Below, piece by piece: positions 28,314 through 38,652 of a DNA stretch of 64,000 nt. The position numbers and the translations under genes are program-made. The DNA is from Dehalococcoidia bacterium. Its GTDB lineage: Bacteria; Chloroflexota; Dehalococcoidia; Lucifugimonadales; Australimonadaceae. The stretch spans positions 121,079-185,078 of the forward strand of contig CBDFJL010000003.1 in NCBI GenBank assembly GCA_965248495.1, written 5' to 3'. Position 1 is the stretch's first letter. Each line of letters opens with the position of its first letter. The notes beneath the pieces are model-generated. The model was not told the DNA's origin, ran no database searches, and worked only from the letters and a program-made list of their open reading frames with translations.

Positions 28314-29081
28314 ATGGCAAACGGCGATTTGACTGCGGAGACCGTACAGATAGAGGGACACGGCGGGCTCCCCATCCGCGCCTACGTGGCGCGGCCGACG
28401 GGCGCCGGTCCATTTCCCGCCGTGTTGGTCGCTCACCACATGCCCGGCTGGGACGAGTGGAGCTTCGAAGTGACGCGCCGCCTTGCCCACCAGGGTTACG
28501 TGGCCATCTGCCCCAACGTCCAGGAGCGCATCCCGGACCTGCCCCGCGAGGAACGCCTGCAGCACGTGCGCGGGCAGGGCGGCCTCAGCGACGAGGAGAT
28601 GCTGGACGACCTTCAGGCCGGCCTGGACTACATCCGCTCCCGCGAGCGCGACTTCGAGGTCGGCCGTGTCGGCGTCATCGGCTTCTGCTCCGGTGGGAGG
28701 GTCGCCTACATGGTCGGATGCCGGTTGGACGTGGACGCGGCGGTCGACTGCTGGGGCGGAAACGTCATCGTGTCTGGCGAGCTCACGTCCAACCAACCCA
28801 CGGCGGTCAGCGACATGACTCCGGATTTGAGGTGTCCGCTGCTCGGTATCTTCGGCAACGACGACACCAACCCGGACGTCGAGCAGGTCAACAAGACCGA
28901 GGCCGAGCTCAAGCGGCTGGGCAAGGAGTACGAGTTCCACCGGTACGACGGCGCGGGCCACGCCTTCTTCAGTTGGGAGCGGCCGTCGCATCGCCCCGAG
29001 CAGGCGGCCGATGGCTGGCAAAAGGTCTACGCCTTCTACCAGCGTCACCTCATTGAAGCGGCGGCTGCCGTCCGCGGCTAG
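28314..29081 (+). CDS. Dienelactone hydrolase family protein
   Basis: GFCSGG nucleophile, PLLGIFGNDD, YDGAGHAF. GGAGG RBS; the 27072 start is spurious. Confidence 0.93.
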   Translation: MANGDLTAETVQIEGHGGLPIRAYVARPTGAGPFPAVLVAHHMPGWDEWSFEVTRRLAHQGYVAICPNVQERIPDLPREERLQHVRGQGGLSDEEMLDDLQAGLDYIRSRERDFEVGRVGVIGFCSGGRVAYMVGCRLDVDAAVDCWGGNVIVSGELTSNQPTAVSDMTPDLRCPLLGIFGNDDTNPDVEQVNKTEAELKRLGKEYEFHRYDGAGHAFFSWERPSHRPEQAADGWQKVYAFYQRHLIEAAAAVRG

Positions 29082-29102
29082 CGCCGGACGCTCGAGCTCG
29101 CG

Positions 29103-30047
29103 TCAGGCCACCCGAGGCAGGTAGCGCTTCGGGAACTTGGCGACGATTGAGTAGAGGATGTCGACGACGTTCGCCAGCCGCACCCTCGCGACCTGCGAGG
29201 CCAGCTGGTACGCCGCGAGCCGATCGATGCCGTAGTCGGCCTCGATCCATGTCACGAGGTCGTAGAACGCGATGCGCGTGGCGTCCTCCAACGGCCGTGC
29301 GCTGCCGACCGACATGATGAACTCGTCGCTCTCGACGCGCGGGGTCGGCGTGACCCTGCCCTTGACGACGTCGACCGTCAACGTGCCGACGGTCGGCACC
29401 TCGGCCGCGACGCCGCAGATCTCGCCGTCGCCCTGCGCGGCGTGGCCGTCGCCGACGAAGAGCAGCGCACCGGGCACCTGGACCGGCAGGTAGACGGTGT
29501 TGCCGGGGCAGAGGTCCGCGGCGTCGAGGTTGCCGCCGTGGAAGCCCGCCGACAGCGTGGAGATCGCCTCGACTGCCGGCGAGGTCCCCATCGTGCCGTA
29601 GAACGCCTCGATCGGGATGGGCGGGATAGCCAGACTGGGGTCGTGGATGATTCCCTCGCTCGTGATCTGGTGCAGCATGACTCGCTGCTCCAGCGGCGCG
29701 TTCAGCACCCGCGTCAGCGCCGTGCCGCAGACCCCGCCAAACTCCGGGATGATGGCGCTGACGGCGTAGTCCCGGGATATCTGGATGTCGTCGATCCTGA
29801 CCACCAGGGTGTCTCCAGGCTCCGCCCCAGCAACGTAGATCGGCCCGGTACACGGATTCACGTACGGCACCTGAATGACCTTTGCGAGGTCGACGTTCGG
29901 CGAGTCGATCCGGTCCGCGAAGGCATCGAGCGTGCTTATCCGAAACGTCTCACCCGGTTTGACCGTGGCGATGGGCTCCTGGTAGGGACCGATGACGTAC
30001 GGGAGGTGACGCTCGTCGGGTCTGATGTGCTGCGCAACGTCTTGCAT
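29103..30047 (-). CDS. Acetamidase/formamidase family protein
   Basis: NPCTGPIYVAGAEPGD, HGGNLD, GDGHAAQGDGEICG. Confidence 0.93.
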   Translation of the reverse strand: MQDVAQHIRPDERHLPYVIGPYQEPIATVKPGETFRISTLDAFADRIDSPNVDLAKVIQVPYVNPCTGPIYVAGAEPGDTLVVRIDDIQISRDYAVSAIIPEFGGVCGTALTRVLNAPLEQRVMLHQITSEGIIHDPSLAIPPIPIEAFYGTMGTSPAVEAISTLSAGFHGGNLDAADLCPGNTVYLPVQVPGALLFVGDGHAAQGDGEICGVAAEVPTVGTLTVDVVKGRVTPTPRVESDEFIMSVGSARPLEDATRIAFYDLVTWIEADYGIDRLAAYQLASQVARVRLANVVDILYSIVAKFPKRYLPRVA

Positions 30048-30227
30048 GCTGCCGCCTTTCGCGCCGTGGTTTGCCGAGACGCTGACCTGCTACGCTGGCG
30101 GCGCGCACCGCCGGCGCCTCCGGCCAGCGCAGGCGCAGTGTAGCCTCCATGAGCGGCTTGGGCGCACCCCGCCATCGCAGGCGAGGGCGACCACCGAATA
30201 ATTGCGCGGAACCCTTGGGAGCGGGCC

Positions 30228-31604
30228 ATGGCCACTCGAAACCCGGCAAGGACGACTGAGCGCCACTACCTGGACGCGCTGGCGGAGTTCGTCTCGGATA
30301 CGACCTACGAGGACCTGCCCAAGAACGTCCGCGAGCACGCTCGATACGTGGTGCTCGATACCGTCGGCGCCGTCCTGGGCGGCAGCGCGGAGCCCGAGAA
30401 CGTGGCGCTGACCCACGCTTTGGCCTCGGACCACGGCTCCGCGACCATCTTGGCCCGCGGCTTCCCGAAGGCCATGCCCGGCGATGCCGCCCTGGCCAAC
30501 GGGACGTCCGGCACGGCGATGGAGCAGGACGAGGGCCACCCGCCCGTCGGGCATCCGGCCATCTACACGCTACCCGCCATCCTGGCGCTGGCCGAGGAGA
30601 AGGACGCCAGCGGTCGCCGGCTCGTCGAAGCGCTGGTCCTGGCGTACGACGCGTACGTTCGGCTCGGCCGCGCCATCCGTTTCGTCGACGGGCTGCACAC
30701 CCACGGCTCCATCGCGACGGTCGCCGCAGCCATCGGCGCGGCGCGATTGTGCGGCTTCGACGCACGCCAGACGCGGGAGGCGATCAACGTGGCCGCGTGT
30801 CTGAACACGGCGACGCCCTTCTTCACCGCCATCGAGGGGGCGACGGTGCGAAACGTCTACGCGGGTCTCGCGGGCCGCACGGGCGTGCTGGTCGCCGAGC
30901 TGGTCGCCAGCGGGTTCACCGGCCCACGCGATGGGCTCGGCGAGGTCTTCGGCTGGCTGCTGGGGCGCGGCGTCGACACGGCGTCCGTGGCGCTCGGGCT
31001 CGGGGACGATTACGAGATAACGACCAACTACTTCAAGCTGCACGCGGCCTGCCGCTACACGCACGCGCCGTTGGATGCCTTCGCACGGGCCCTGGACGGG
31101 AGGCGGGTCGACGCCGACGCCATCCGGTCGGTGGCGGTAACCGGCAACGCCAACGCCGCCATGTGCGGCAGGCAGGACCCGCAGAACTCTCTTGCGGCCA
31201 AGTTCTCGGTGCCCTTCGCCATCGCCACCCACGTCGTGCAGGGCCACACCGGGCCGGACGCGTTTCGCCAGAGGGCGATCGACGACCCGGTAGCCAGGGC
31301 CCTGGCCGAGCGCATCACGGTGAGGGAGGACCCTGCCTACACCAAGCGCTTTCCCGCGGAGCAGGTAGCAGTGGTCGAGGTCAACTTGACGTCGGGCGAG
31401 GTTCTCAGGGGCGAGGTCACCGGCCCGCGCGGGGCCGACCACGACCCCGTGTCGTACGCGGAGGTGGAGGCGAAGTTCGAGACGCTGGCCGGCGGCACGT
31501 TCGCCGGCGAACGCCTGGCGGCGGCGCAAGCGTTGCTGAAGGCCGTCGACAGCCTTTCGAGCGTGCGCGAGCTGACCGCTGGGCTGCGCTCGCTTTCAAC
31601 GTAG
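30228..31604 (+). CDS. MmgE/PrpD family protein
   Basis: LDTVGAVLGG, AALANGT, HP, YFKLHAACRYTH, AKFSVPF. Confidence 0.93.
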   Translation: MATRNPARTTERHYLDALAEFVSDTTYEDLPKNVREHARYVVLDTVGAVLGGSAEPENVALTHALASDHGSATILARGFPKAMPGDAALANGTSGTAMEQDEGHPPVGHPAIYTLPAILALAEEKDASGRRLVEALVLAYDAYVRLGRAIRFVDGLHTHGSIATVAAAIGAARLCGFDARQTREAINVAACLNTATPFFTAIEGATVRNVYAGLAGRTGVLVAELVASGFTGPRDGLGEVFGWLLGRGVDTASVALGLGDDYEITTNYFKLHAACRYTHAPLDAFARALDGRRVDADAIRSVAVTGNANAAMCGRQDPQNSLAAKFSVPFAIATHVVQGHTGPDAFRQRAIDDPVARALAERITVREDPAYTKRFPAEQVAVVEVNLTSGEVLRGEVTGPRGADHDPVSYAEVEAKFETLAGGTFAGERLAAAQALLKAVDSLSSVRELTAGLRSLST

Positions 31605-31650
31605 CGCCGTGTAGCGCGGGCGAGTCCAACAACCGGCGAGGGGGAATTCG

Positions 31651-32184
31651 ATGGATGGCACGACGTTGATAGCGGATGCTCTGTCCAGGGTGCAAACCCA
31701 GTTCCACAGCCTCATCGAGGGGCTGTCCGCCGACGAGCTGCACGCGCAACCTCGACCCACGATTGAGTGGCTGGCCTGGCATCTGACGCGTGTGCAGGAC
31801 TCGCAGGTTGCTCCGCTGGTCGGGCGCGAGCAGGCCTGGACCGACCTCGGGTGGCACGAACGCTTCGGCATGGAGCCGGACCCGCGGGACTACGGCCCGG
31901 GCCACTCGCAGACACCAGAGCAGGTGGAGGCGTTTCGGGCACCCAGCGCGCGCCTGTTGCTCGACTACCACGATGCCGTGGCCGAAGCCACTCAGGAATA
32001 CCTAACCGGCCTGTCGCCGAACGACCTCGACCGCGTGCTGGACGAGCCGCGATTCGACCCGCTGCCCACGCTCGGCGTCCGCCTGACCAGCGTCGTCGAT
32101 GACAACGTGCGGCACATCGGCCAGATTGAGTACCTCAAGGGGCTCGTCCGGGATGGCGGCTGGTTCCCCCGGCGCGTCGGCTAG
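31651..32184 (+). CDS. DinB/mycothiol-transferase-like protein
   Basis: WLAWHLTRVQD, DLDRVLDE, TLGVRLTSVVDDNVRHIGQ. Confidence 0.88.
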   Translation: MDGTTLIADALSRVQTQFHSLIEGLSADELHAQPRPTIEWLAWHLTRVQDSQVAPLVGREQAWTDLGWHERFGMEPDPRDYGPGHSQTPEQVEAFRAPSARLLLDYHDAVAEATQEYLTGLSPNDLDRVLDEPRFDPLPTLGVRLTSVVDDNVRHIGQIEYLKGLVRDGGWFPRRVG

Positions 32185-33059
32185 GACTGGGCAGCTGGCT
32201 GCGCCACCGGCGATAGGCCGGACGGCAACGTCCAGTCGAACGTGATGGCGCGCGCCTCGTCGCCCCCCGGCGAGAAGCGCCAGGTAACGCGGTCATCGCC
32301 GTGCTGTGCCGTCTCGGCGAACGCCTGGCTCAGCAGACGCCAGGGCTTGTCACCGAGCCACTCGGCGCCGAACTCCACGAGCAGCGACGCGGGGTTGACG
32401 GCGAGCGTGCCCCACTCGGCATGCCGGGCCTTCTGTGGCGACTGTTTCAGGCGCAACGCCGGTATCTCGCCCTCATCGATGGCCCGGAGGTAGGCGTCCT
32501 CATAGGCGCCGCCGCGCCAGGGGGCGTAGCTCAGCTGCGCTCGCAAGTCGTCGTAGTACAGCGGCGTGTCGGTGTGCTGAGCGCTCAGCTGCCGCGCGAG
32601 GAACCGCTCGGCCATGTAGACGACATCTATCCAGGTTGGAGCAAAGTCCTCGGTGAGGAGCATCATCTGCCACCAGCGCAACCGCCGGATGGTCACCCCG
32701 ACGAATAGCTGCGCGGGAAAGGCAACGCGGAGCTCACGCTCCACCTCGCGCAGCCTTCCGTAGAGGTGCATCTCGATGCCCTCTTCCTTGAGGACGCCGG
32801 GGCTGAGCCAGTGGACGGTGGCCTCCGCACGCCCGGCCGTGGTAACACGGGCGGCCCATCGGTCGCGCCATGCGCCCAACCCATCGGCGTCGAGGTTGGA
32901 GCCGAAGCGCGCGGCGAGGTCTCGTGCAAGCGCATCGAGGTCCGCCGTCGTCCGCCATTGGCCGTCCTCCAGCGCGGCGGCCCGGTCGAACGCCTCTATG
33001 AGGTAGACGACCTCCTCGTCTTCGAGGCCCTCCAGGGCGCGTTCCGCTCGGCTGGTCAA
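32181..33059 (-). CDS. Hypothetical protein (292 aa)
   Basis: Protein-like composition, GGAGAG RBS before TTG, fills the gap between known genes; no family recognised. Confidence 0.7.
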   Translation of the reverse strand: MTSRAERALEGLEDEEVVYLIEAFDRAAALEDGQWRTTADLDALARDLAARFGSNLDADGLGAWRDRWAARVTTAGRAEATVHWLSPGVLKEEGIEMHLYGRLREVERELRVAFPAQLFVGVTIRRLRWWQMMLLTEDFAPTWIDVVYMAERFLARQLSAQHTDTPLYYDDLRAQLSYAPWRGGAYEDAYLRAIDEGEIPALRLKQSPQKARHAEWGTLAVNPASLLVEFGAEWLGDKPWRLLSQAFAETAQHGDDRVTWRFSPGGDEARAITFDWTLPSGLSPVAQPAAQS

Positions 33060-33305
33060 GGACTGCTCTCCATGGTGGCGCTCGAGCGCATACGGGTCGC
33101 CCGGACTCGAATTGCCGGGCGCACCTTAGCACCTCGGCGACGGCCCAAGCCGGGGGCATCCGCTCCGATCGCGTCTGTTGTGGAGGGGGTTCGCGCGGTG
33201 GCAGTCAGGCGCCGGCTCCCCTACGTCGGGATTGCCGGTGCTCTCCGTGTGGACCTGGGACGATGCGAAGGACCCGCTCGCGCCGAGGGCGCCGAGACCG
33301 GCCTG

Positions 33306-33692
33306 CTACCGGGCGACGATCGACGTGGTCGACTCGCCCAGCATGTTCCGGACACAATCGAGAATGCGCTTGCCTGGGTCGGTCTTGAGCACGTAGTCGA
33401 CAGCGCCGGCCTCCAGGGCCAGCAGCGTGGCAGCCATCGACCCGTAGACGCTGAGCATCGCCACCTGCGCATCCGGGTCGTCTTCGAGAATCGCCGCCAG
33501 CGCACCCATGCCGTCCAGCCGCGGCATCTTCACGTCCATCAGGACGGCGTCCGGGTGCTCGGTTTCGTACATGCTGACCGCTGCCAGACCGTCCCGCGCC
33601 TCCAGGCAATCGTAGCCGGCGGACGAGAGCAGCTCATGGACCCTCGCGCGGTGCATCGCGATGTCGTCGACGATCAGAATCTTCTTCCCCAT
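33306..33692 (-). CDS. CheY-like single-domain response regulator
   Basis: KILIVDD, MDVKMPRLDG, MLS, ALEAGAVDYVLK. Confidence 0.92.
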   Translation of the reverse strand: MGKKILIVDDIAMHRARVHELLSSAGYDCLEARDGLAAVSMYETEHPDAVLMDVKMPRLDGMGALAAILEDDPDAQVAMLSVYGSMAATLLALEAGAVDYVLKTDPGKRILDCVRNMLGESTTSIVAR

Positions 33693-33864
33693 AACATCCC
33701 CTCGTTACACCCAATTATGCCTCCGGAGCCGTGTCCGAAATACGTACGGTGGTACTAGCTTTATGCGTCCGGCAGGCCGTCAGACCCACCGATCTCCTGG
33801 CCTGGTGGCCCGCTGGCCCGCTCGCCCAGTGGCCAGGCGGTCCGCTGGTAGGATGCGCACGCTC

Positions 33865-35175
33865 ATGACCACCTCGTCGACGGCACGCCCACGCTTCTTC
33901 TACGGCTGGGTCATCGTCTTCGTCGCCATCGTCGCGGGCGTCTTCGGCCCGGGCGTGAGCGTCTGGAGCGCCGGCGTCTTCCTGACTCCCATGACCGAGG
34001 AGTTCGGTTGGTCGCGAGCCGACTTCGGCCTCGGCCTCGCCCTGCGCTCGCTGACGAGCGCGTTCGTGGCTCCTTGGATCGGGCCAATGTTCGACAAGCC
34101 CAACGGCCCTCGGCGCCTGATGATGGTCTCGGTGGCCGCGCTCGGGCTATCCATGATCGCCTTGCGGTTCATCGGCGACGGCCTTGGGTTCGGCGTGGTC
34201 AGCCCTCGCGTCCAGTACTACCTGCTCTTCGGCGTCGTCGGGGGCGCAGCGCAGATGGGCGCGGGGATGGGGATTGGCCAGACCGTCCTGCCCAAGTGGT
34301 TCATCAAGCGCCGCGGCCGGGTCATGGGTATCGCGTCGACCGGCACGGCCATGGCACCGCTCCTGTTCCCGCCCATCGTCCAGTCGCTCACCGACGCCCT
34401 CGGTTTTCGAGCCGCGTGGGGCGTTGTCGGCATTTCGATGCTTGCCATCGTGTTCCCGCTGTCGTTCCTGGTGCGCACGCAGCCCGAGGACATGGGCCTG
34501 CTCCCCGACAACGAGCCGCCGGACGATGAGCCCACCGCCGCCCGGGCAGCTGCCATTGACGATGAGGCGACGTACACGCGACGGGCTGCGATACGGACCC
34601 AAAGTTTCTGGTTCCTCACGGCGGCCTTCGCCCTCATCAGCCTAGGGATGGCGGGGTATCAGGCCAACTGGCAGCCCTACTTCGTCGACGTTGGCTTCAC
34701 CCCCAAGGTGGCCGCGTTCGCCATCTCCTTCTACGCGATCTTCTCGATCTCATCCCGGCTCATCTGGGGGACCCTGGGCGATCGCTACCATCCCCGGAAG
34801 CTGATGATCATCGGCCTGCTTATGGTCTTCGCGTCAGTCGTCTTCCTCCAGACGGTGAACACGCTTCCCGAGCTGCTGTTCTTCGGCGTGATTCAGGGGC
34901 TCAGCATCGGCTCCTGGGTGATCCTCCAGCCGATACTCGTGTCCCACTACTTCGGGCGCAGACACCTCGGCGCGATCTTCGGTCTGATGCGGCCGGCCAT
35001 GACCCTGTTCGGGTCCGCGAGCCCGCTGATGATCGGGGCGCTCTATGACATCCGCGGCACCTACGTACTCGCATTCGCCGCCGTCGCAGTGTCGTGGCTG
35101 TTGGCTGCGGTCATGGTTGTGTTCGTGAGAGCGCCTCGGCGCGCGGCGGCGCTGAGGCCGGACCCGGCAGGCTGA
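33865..35175 (+). CDS. MFS transporter (OFA/MCT-like), close paralog of 25409..26722
   Basis: RFFYGW, NGPRRLMMVS, PKWFIKRRGRV, RTQPEDMGLLPD. Alternative ATG at 33853. Confidence 0.92.
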   Translation: MTTSSTARPRFFYGWVIVFVAIVAGVFGPGVSVWSAGVFLTPMTEEFGWSRADFGLGLALRSLTSAFVAPWIGPMFDKPNGPRRLMMVSVAALGLSMIALRFIGDGLGFGVVSPRVQYYLLFGVVGGAAQMGAGMGIGQTVLPKWFIKRRGRVMGIASTGTAMAPLLFPPIVQSLTDALGFRAAWGVVGISMLAIVFPLSFLVRTQPEDMGLLPDNEPPDDEPTAARAAAIDDEATYTRRAAIRTQSFWFLTAAFALISLGMAGYQANWQPYFVDVGFTPKVAAFAISFYAIFSISSRLIWGTLGDRYHPRKLMIIGLLMVFASVVFLQTVNTLPELLFFGVIQGLSIGSWVILQPILVSHYFGRRHLGAIFGLMRPAMTLFGSASPLMIGALYDIRGTYVLAFAAVAVSWLLAAVMVVFVRAPRRAAALRPDPAG

Positions 35176-35235
35176 TGCGGGGGAGCCGCTTTGAGGGCTA
35201 ACATCCCACGAAACGCCCGCGATAGAGGTGGTCTC

Positions 35236-35529
35236 GTGTCCCTACGACTCGTTGTCTTCTTGGAAGCGCTGCCGGGCAAACGCGATGAGATGCTCGCAGC
35301 CTACACACTGCGTTGCGCCAACGTCCGCCAGGAGCCCGGGTGCCTGGAGTTCGAGATGTACCAGAACATCGAGGACCCCGACCGGTTCACGCTGCTCGAG
35401 CGGTGGGTGGACGCGGATGCCCTTGCTGTTCATGGGGCTCGGCCCCCGGAGCCTGGGGCGGTGGACGTTCAGACCGTGCGCAAAGCGATGGGCGGAGAGC
35501 GCTACGAATTCGAGGCGACCGCCCGCTAG
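35236..35529 (+). CDS. Antibiotic biosynthesis monooxygenase (ABM) family protein
   Basis: PGKRDE, VRQEPGCLEF, DPDRFTLLERW...ALAVH. GTG follows GAGGTG. Confidence 0.88.
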   Translation: MSLRLVVFLEALPGKRDEMLAAYTLRCANVRQEPGCLEFEMYQNIEDPDRFTLLERWVDADALAVHGARPPEPGAVDVQTVRKAMGGERYEFEATAR

Positions 35530-35530
35530 G

Positions 35531-36064
35531 TCAGAACGCCTGCCAGCCGAACCCCGTCAGCATGCCGCGCAGATAGCCAATCTGGCCTGCGTGGTTAATC
35601 CCATCGTTCAGCATGGGGCGGAGCGTCCGCCAGCCGGGCTGCACACCGCGCCCGGCGTCGAGAAGGTACTCCTCGTCCAGCAGGTCGCCGGTGAGGCGCC
35701 CGACCCTATCCACGGCCGCCTGCTGGCAGGCTCCCGCGTAGCCCACGACAGCGGCGAAGGGTGGGCGGAACGCGTATACCTGCGCGGGGGTGTCGCCGAA
35801 CCCGGTCGCCACCTCGTCCGGCCCGACGAGCTGGTGCCAGCCGCCCGTCACCCACACGTGCGGCTCACCATGGCATACCGCCGAGTAGTAGTCGCGTCGG
35901 CGCATCATGTGCCAAACGAGCCAGCCGATGGAATTGGACTGCGGCATGGGCTGCCAGTACGCCTGCTCGTCGGACAGGCCGTCGACCGCCTGGCGCATCG
36001 ACCGGTACGACCCGTCGAGCAGGCCGAGCATGAGGTCCGTCAGAGCGCTGATGTCTTGAGCCAC
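35531..36064 (-). CDS. DinB family protein
   Basis: NSIGWLVWHM, NHAGQIGYLRG. AAAGGAG RBS. Confidence 0.88.
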   Translation of the reverse strand: MAQDISALTDLMLGLLDGSYRSMRQAVDGLSDEQAYWQPMPQSNSIGWLVWHMMRRRDYYSAVCHGEPHVWVTGGWHQLVGPDEVATGFGDTPAQVYAFRPPFAAVVGYAGACQQAAVDRVGRLTGDLLDEEYLLDAGRGVQPGWRTLRPMLNDGINHAGQIGYLRGMLTGFGWQAF

Positions 36065-36210
36065 GAGGTCTCCTTTGTATGGCGGACGTGTTAGCCTAAC
36101 CCGAGTCGCCAAAGCCCGTCCGCACAGCGGGTCACCCCGGTACCTATCGTGTACAGTGCCCCGCGCCTGAGGAGCGGCCTTGCCTCAAAACCCTCGTTTG
36201 GACGGTCTGC

Positions 36211-36330
36211 TAGGGGAGTGCAGAGGGGCACCCCCTCTGCTGGGGGCGCGGGGGTATCCCCCGCGCTAGCTCTTTGTTACCCCCTTCTGGCAAGGCCTGC
36301 CCTGAGTCCGCCGAAGGGAAAAGCCCCGGG
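36211..36330. repeat. REP-like composite palindromic element in an intergenic region
   Basis: Hairpins gcagagggg-cac-cccctctgc (36220-36240) and gcgcggggg-tat-cccccgcgc (36246-36266), then gcctgccctgagtccgccgaaggg. Only one copy in this window. Confidence 0.55.
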
Positions 36331-36489
36331 CGCCGCCGGGGACGACCTACACGCTGATGGACGGCGGCCCTCAAATGCAGTGGGAGCGGCCCCAGGAAGT
36401 CGTCGCCCACCTGGTGGACTTCCTTTCGCGCTAGCCGGCAGTCCGCCCATCGCGGTCTATCAGCCCTCGCACAGCCCGGTCCTTCGCTC

Positions 36490-37743
36490 TCAGAAGGACC
36501 GCAGCTTCTGTGACACTAGCAGCAGCACGGACAGCACCACCGCCGACCACGCGGCGTGCAGCCCCACTGCGTAGCGCACACCGACGATCTCGATCATCGT
36601 GCCGACCCACAGGATGCCCAGGGGCAGCACCCCAAGCCCAAGCATCATCACGCCCATCGCCCTTCCCCGCATCGCCGGCGGCACCGCCGATACCACGATG
36701 ATGTTCTGCATCGTCGCGAATCCCGCGATGCCGAGCCCCGCGAGGGCCAACAACGGCAGCGCTAGGAAGAAGGTCGGTGAGAACGCGAACGCAGTGATGC
36801 CCACGCTCAGGACGATGGCGCCCACGATGTGGACAAGGCCGCGCCGGGCGACGGGCAACGACGCGAGCACCAACGATCCGATCAGCGCGCCGAAACCATC
36901 CATCCCGCTCATCAGGCCCAGCCAACCCTGCCCGACGCCGAAGATCTCGCGAGCGAAGACGGGCGCGAACGAAAAGTAGGGGAAGACGATGAGGTTCACC
37001 GTGAACGTCACGATGAAGACCGAACGGAGCACGGGGTCCGACCAGACGGCCCGGCCACCCTCGACCAAGCTCCCCAGCAGGGATTGCCGGCCCTCGACGA
37101 CCACGACCGGCGTGCCGCGGACGCGTAGCAACAGCACGAAACCGACGGTGTAGAACGCGGCGAGGAATGCGTAGCCGAGCAGCGGCCCCTGCAAGGCCAG
37201 CAATCCCCCCGCGGTCCACCGCCCGAGCATGATCATCCCGGTGAGCGAAGCCCCATCCAGGGCCATCGCGTTGACGATGTGGCGATCGGCGACCAGGTCG
37301 CGGATGAGCGCCCGGCGTACCGGGAAGTCGATGGCCCATGCACACCCGGTCACCAGCGCCGCCGCATAGACGTAGGGCATGGCGAGCGCGCCGGTTATCG
37401 CGGCTGCGAGCATGGCATAGGTGGAGACGACGTTCATCGCCTGTGCGACGAGTAGCAGCCGTCGTTTGGGGAAGCGGTCCGCCTGGGCACCCGCGATGAG
37501 ACCGACGACCGGCTCTGGGAGGAAGCGGAGGGTGCCGACCAAGCCAACGAGGAACGGCGAGTCGGTGAGCTCGAGCGTGAGCCACGTGAGAATGATCAGC
37601 TCGAGCCAGAACGAGATGTTCCACAGGTGGCCGGCCAGCCACAGCCGGCGCCAGTCCTCGTTCTCGAGAGACCCGAGGATATGCGACCGGCCGCCGCCGG
37701 CAGGTGCTGATGGAGGGTTCAACGCGACGTACGCCTTAAACAC
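36490..37743 (-). CDS. MFS transporter (MFS_3-like)
   Basis: DWRRLWLA, LELTDSPFLVG, ADRFPKRR, DFPVRRA, VPPAMRGRAMG. Confidence 0.9.
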   Translation of the reverse strand: MFKAYVALNPPSAPAGGGRSHILGSLENEDWRRLWLAGHLWNISFWLELIILTWLTLELTDSPFLVGLVGTLRFLPEPVVGLIAGAQADRFPKRRLLLVAQAMNVVSTYAMLAAAITGALAMPYVYAAALVTGCAWAIDFPVRRALIRDLVADRHIVNAMALDGASLTGMIMLGRWTAGGLLALQGPLLGYAFLAAFYTVGFVLLLRVRGTPVVVVEGRQSLLGSLVEGGRAVWSDPVLRSVFIVTFTVNLIVFPYFSFAPVFAREIFGVGQGWLGLMSGMDGFGALIGSLVLASLPVARRGLVHIVGAIVLSVGITAFAFSPTFFLALPLLALAGLGIAGFATMQNIIVVSAVPPAMRGRAMGVMMLGLGVLPLGILWVGTMIEIVGVRYAVGLHAAWSAVVLSVLLLVSQKLRSF

Positions 37744-37840
37744 ACGGCGGCCCGGCGCCCGCCGTCATGGAGGGACTCGTAAGACTGGTGCCATCGGACG
37801 GTCCCTGGGAACGCTCTCGGGCGGCCCAGAGTCCTGTCCC

Positions 37841-38002
37841 ATCGGCCTCACCATTGTCGAGCAAACGTGCGGCGGATAGCCAGCGGGCTGAGTGAACGCT
37901 GGAGAAGGCGTCGCCGACGTCTACAACGTCGACGTCGGTCGGTTCGACGTCAAGGTCGACGCGAGCAACGAGAACGTGTTGGCCTCAGACATGGACGACT
38001 AA
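37841..38002 (+). pseudogene. Possible degenerate PepSY-domain remnant
   Basis: One frame reads IGLTIVEQTCGG*PAG*VNAGEGVADVYNVDVGRFDVKVDASNENVLASDMDD*, resembling PepSY VY.V.v....VKVDA..G.VL. Confidence 0.35.
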
Positions 38003-38053
38003 GCGGCAGCCTCCCGGCCGCGAGGTCCCTGCCGCTACGGAATCTCGCGCGGC

Positions 38054-38641
38054 TCACGCCCGCAGGCCGAAGCTGGCCTCGTTGAGCCGACGCCGCTTCA
38101 GCAGCTCCCGTGCCTTCGACCAGGCAAACCAGGTCATGCGCCCGGTGATCTGCTCTTCCGCGTGCAGGTGCAGCTCGCTGAAGAACTTGAGCAGGAAGAG
38201 ACCGGCTTCGCGCTCAGCCACAGGGCCCCGCTGTGCGAGCGCCAAAGGGGCCATCTCGTTCGAAGCCGCCAGTATCTCCTCAGTCAAACCCGGCTCGTAG
38301 CTCGCCCAAGAGCACACCGCGACCAGCTTTGGTCCCGCGACGTTGGCCGTGAGCCACCGCCAGTAGTGTCTCGCGTCGTCGGCGGCAGGTCCTCGGTGGT
38401 CACCGCTACCGTGGGCGATCAATACGAGGCAGGTGCTGGATTCCAGTGCGCGGGCGTGAGTCCGCAGGTCGTCCGGCTGACCGACCCGCATGGGGGCGTC
38501 AGCGACCATCCGCACCCCTCTACCCGCCATCGCCCTCAAGAGACGGTCGCAAAAGGCACTCTCCCAACCGGCCAGGTTGGCTGAGGCGTCGATGAGCAGC
38601 ACGCGAGGAGGACCATCGATGGTGGTGGAGCTCCAGAGCAT
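38054..38641 (-). CDS. Hypothetical protein, possible CHAT/caspase-like fold
   Basis: LVLIAHG, PKLVAVCSW, AGLFLLKFFSEL, AWSKARELL. Confidence 0.7.
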   Translation of the reverse strand: MLWSSTTIDGPPRVLLIDASANLAGWESAFCDRLLRAMAGRGVRMVADAPMRVGQPDDLRTHARALESSTCLVLIAHGSGDHRGPAADDARHYWRWLTANVAGPKLVAVCSWASYEPGLTEEILAASNEMAPLALAQRGPVAEREAGLFLLKFFSELHLHAEEQITGRMTWFAWSKARELLKRRRLNEASFGLRA

Positions 38642-38652
38642 CCGCTGCGGTC

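Noticed and set aside
27072-29081. 669-aa fusion ORF
   Set aside because: The N-terminal ~414 aa are an off-frame shadow of the MFS gene. The real hydrolase starts at 28314 with its own promoter and RBS.
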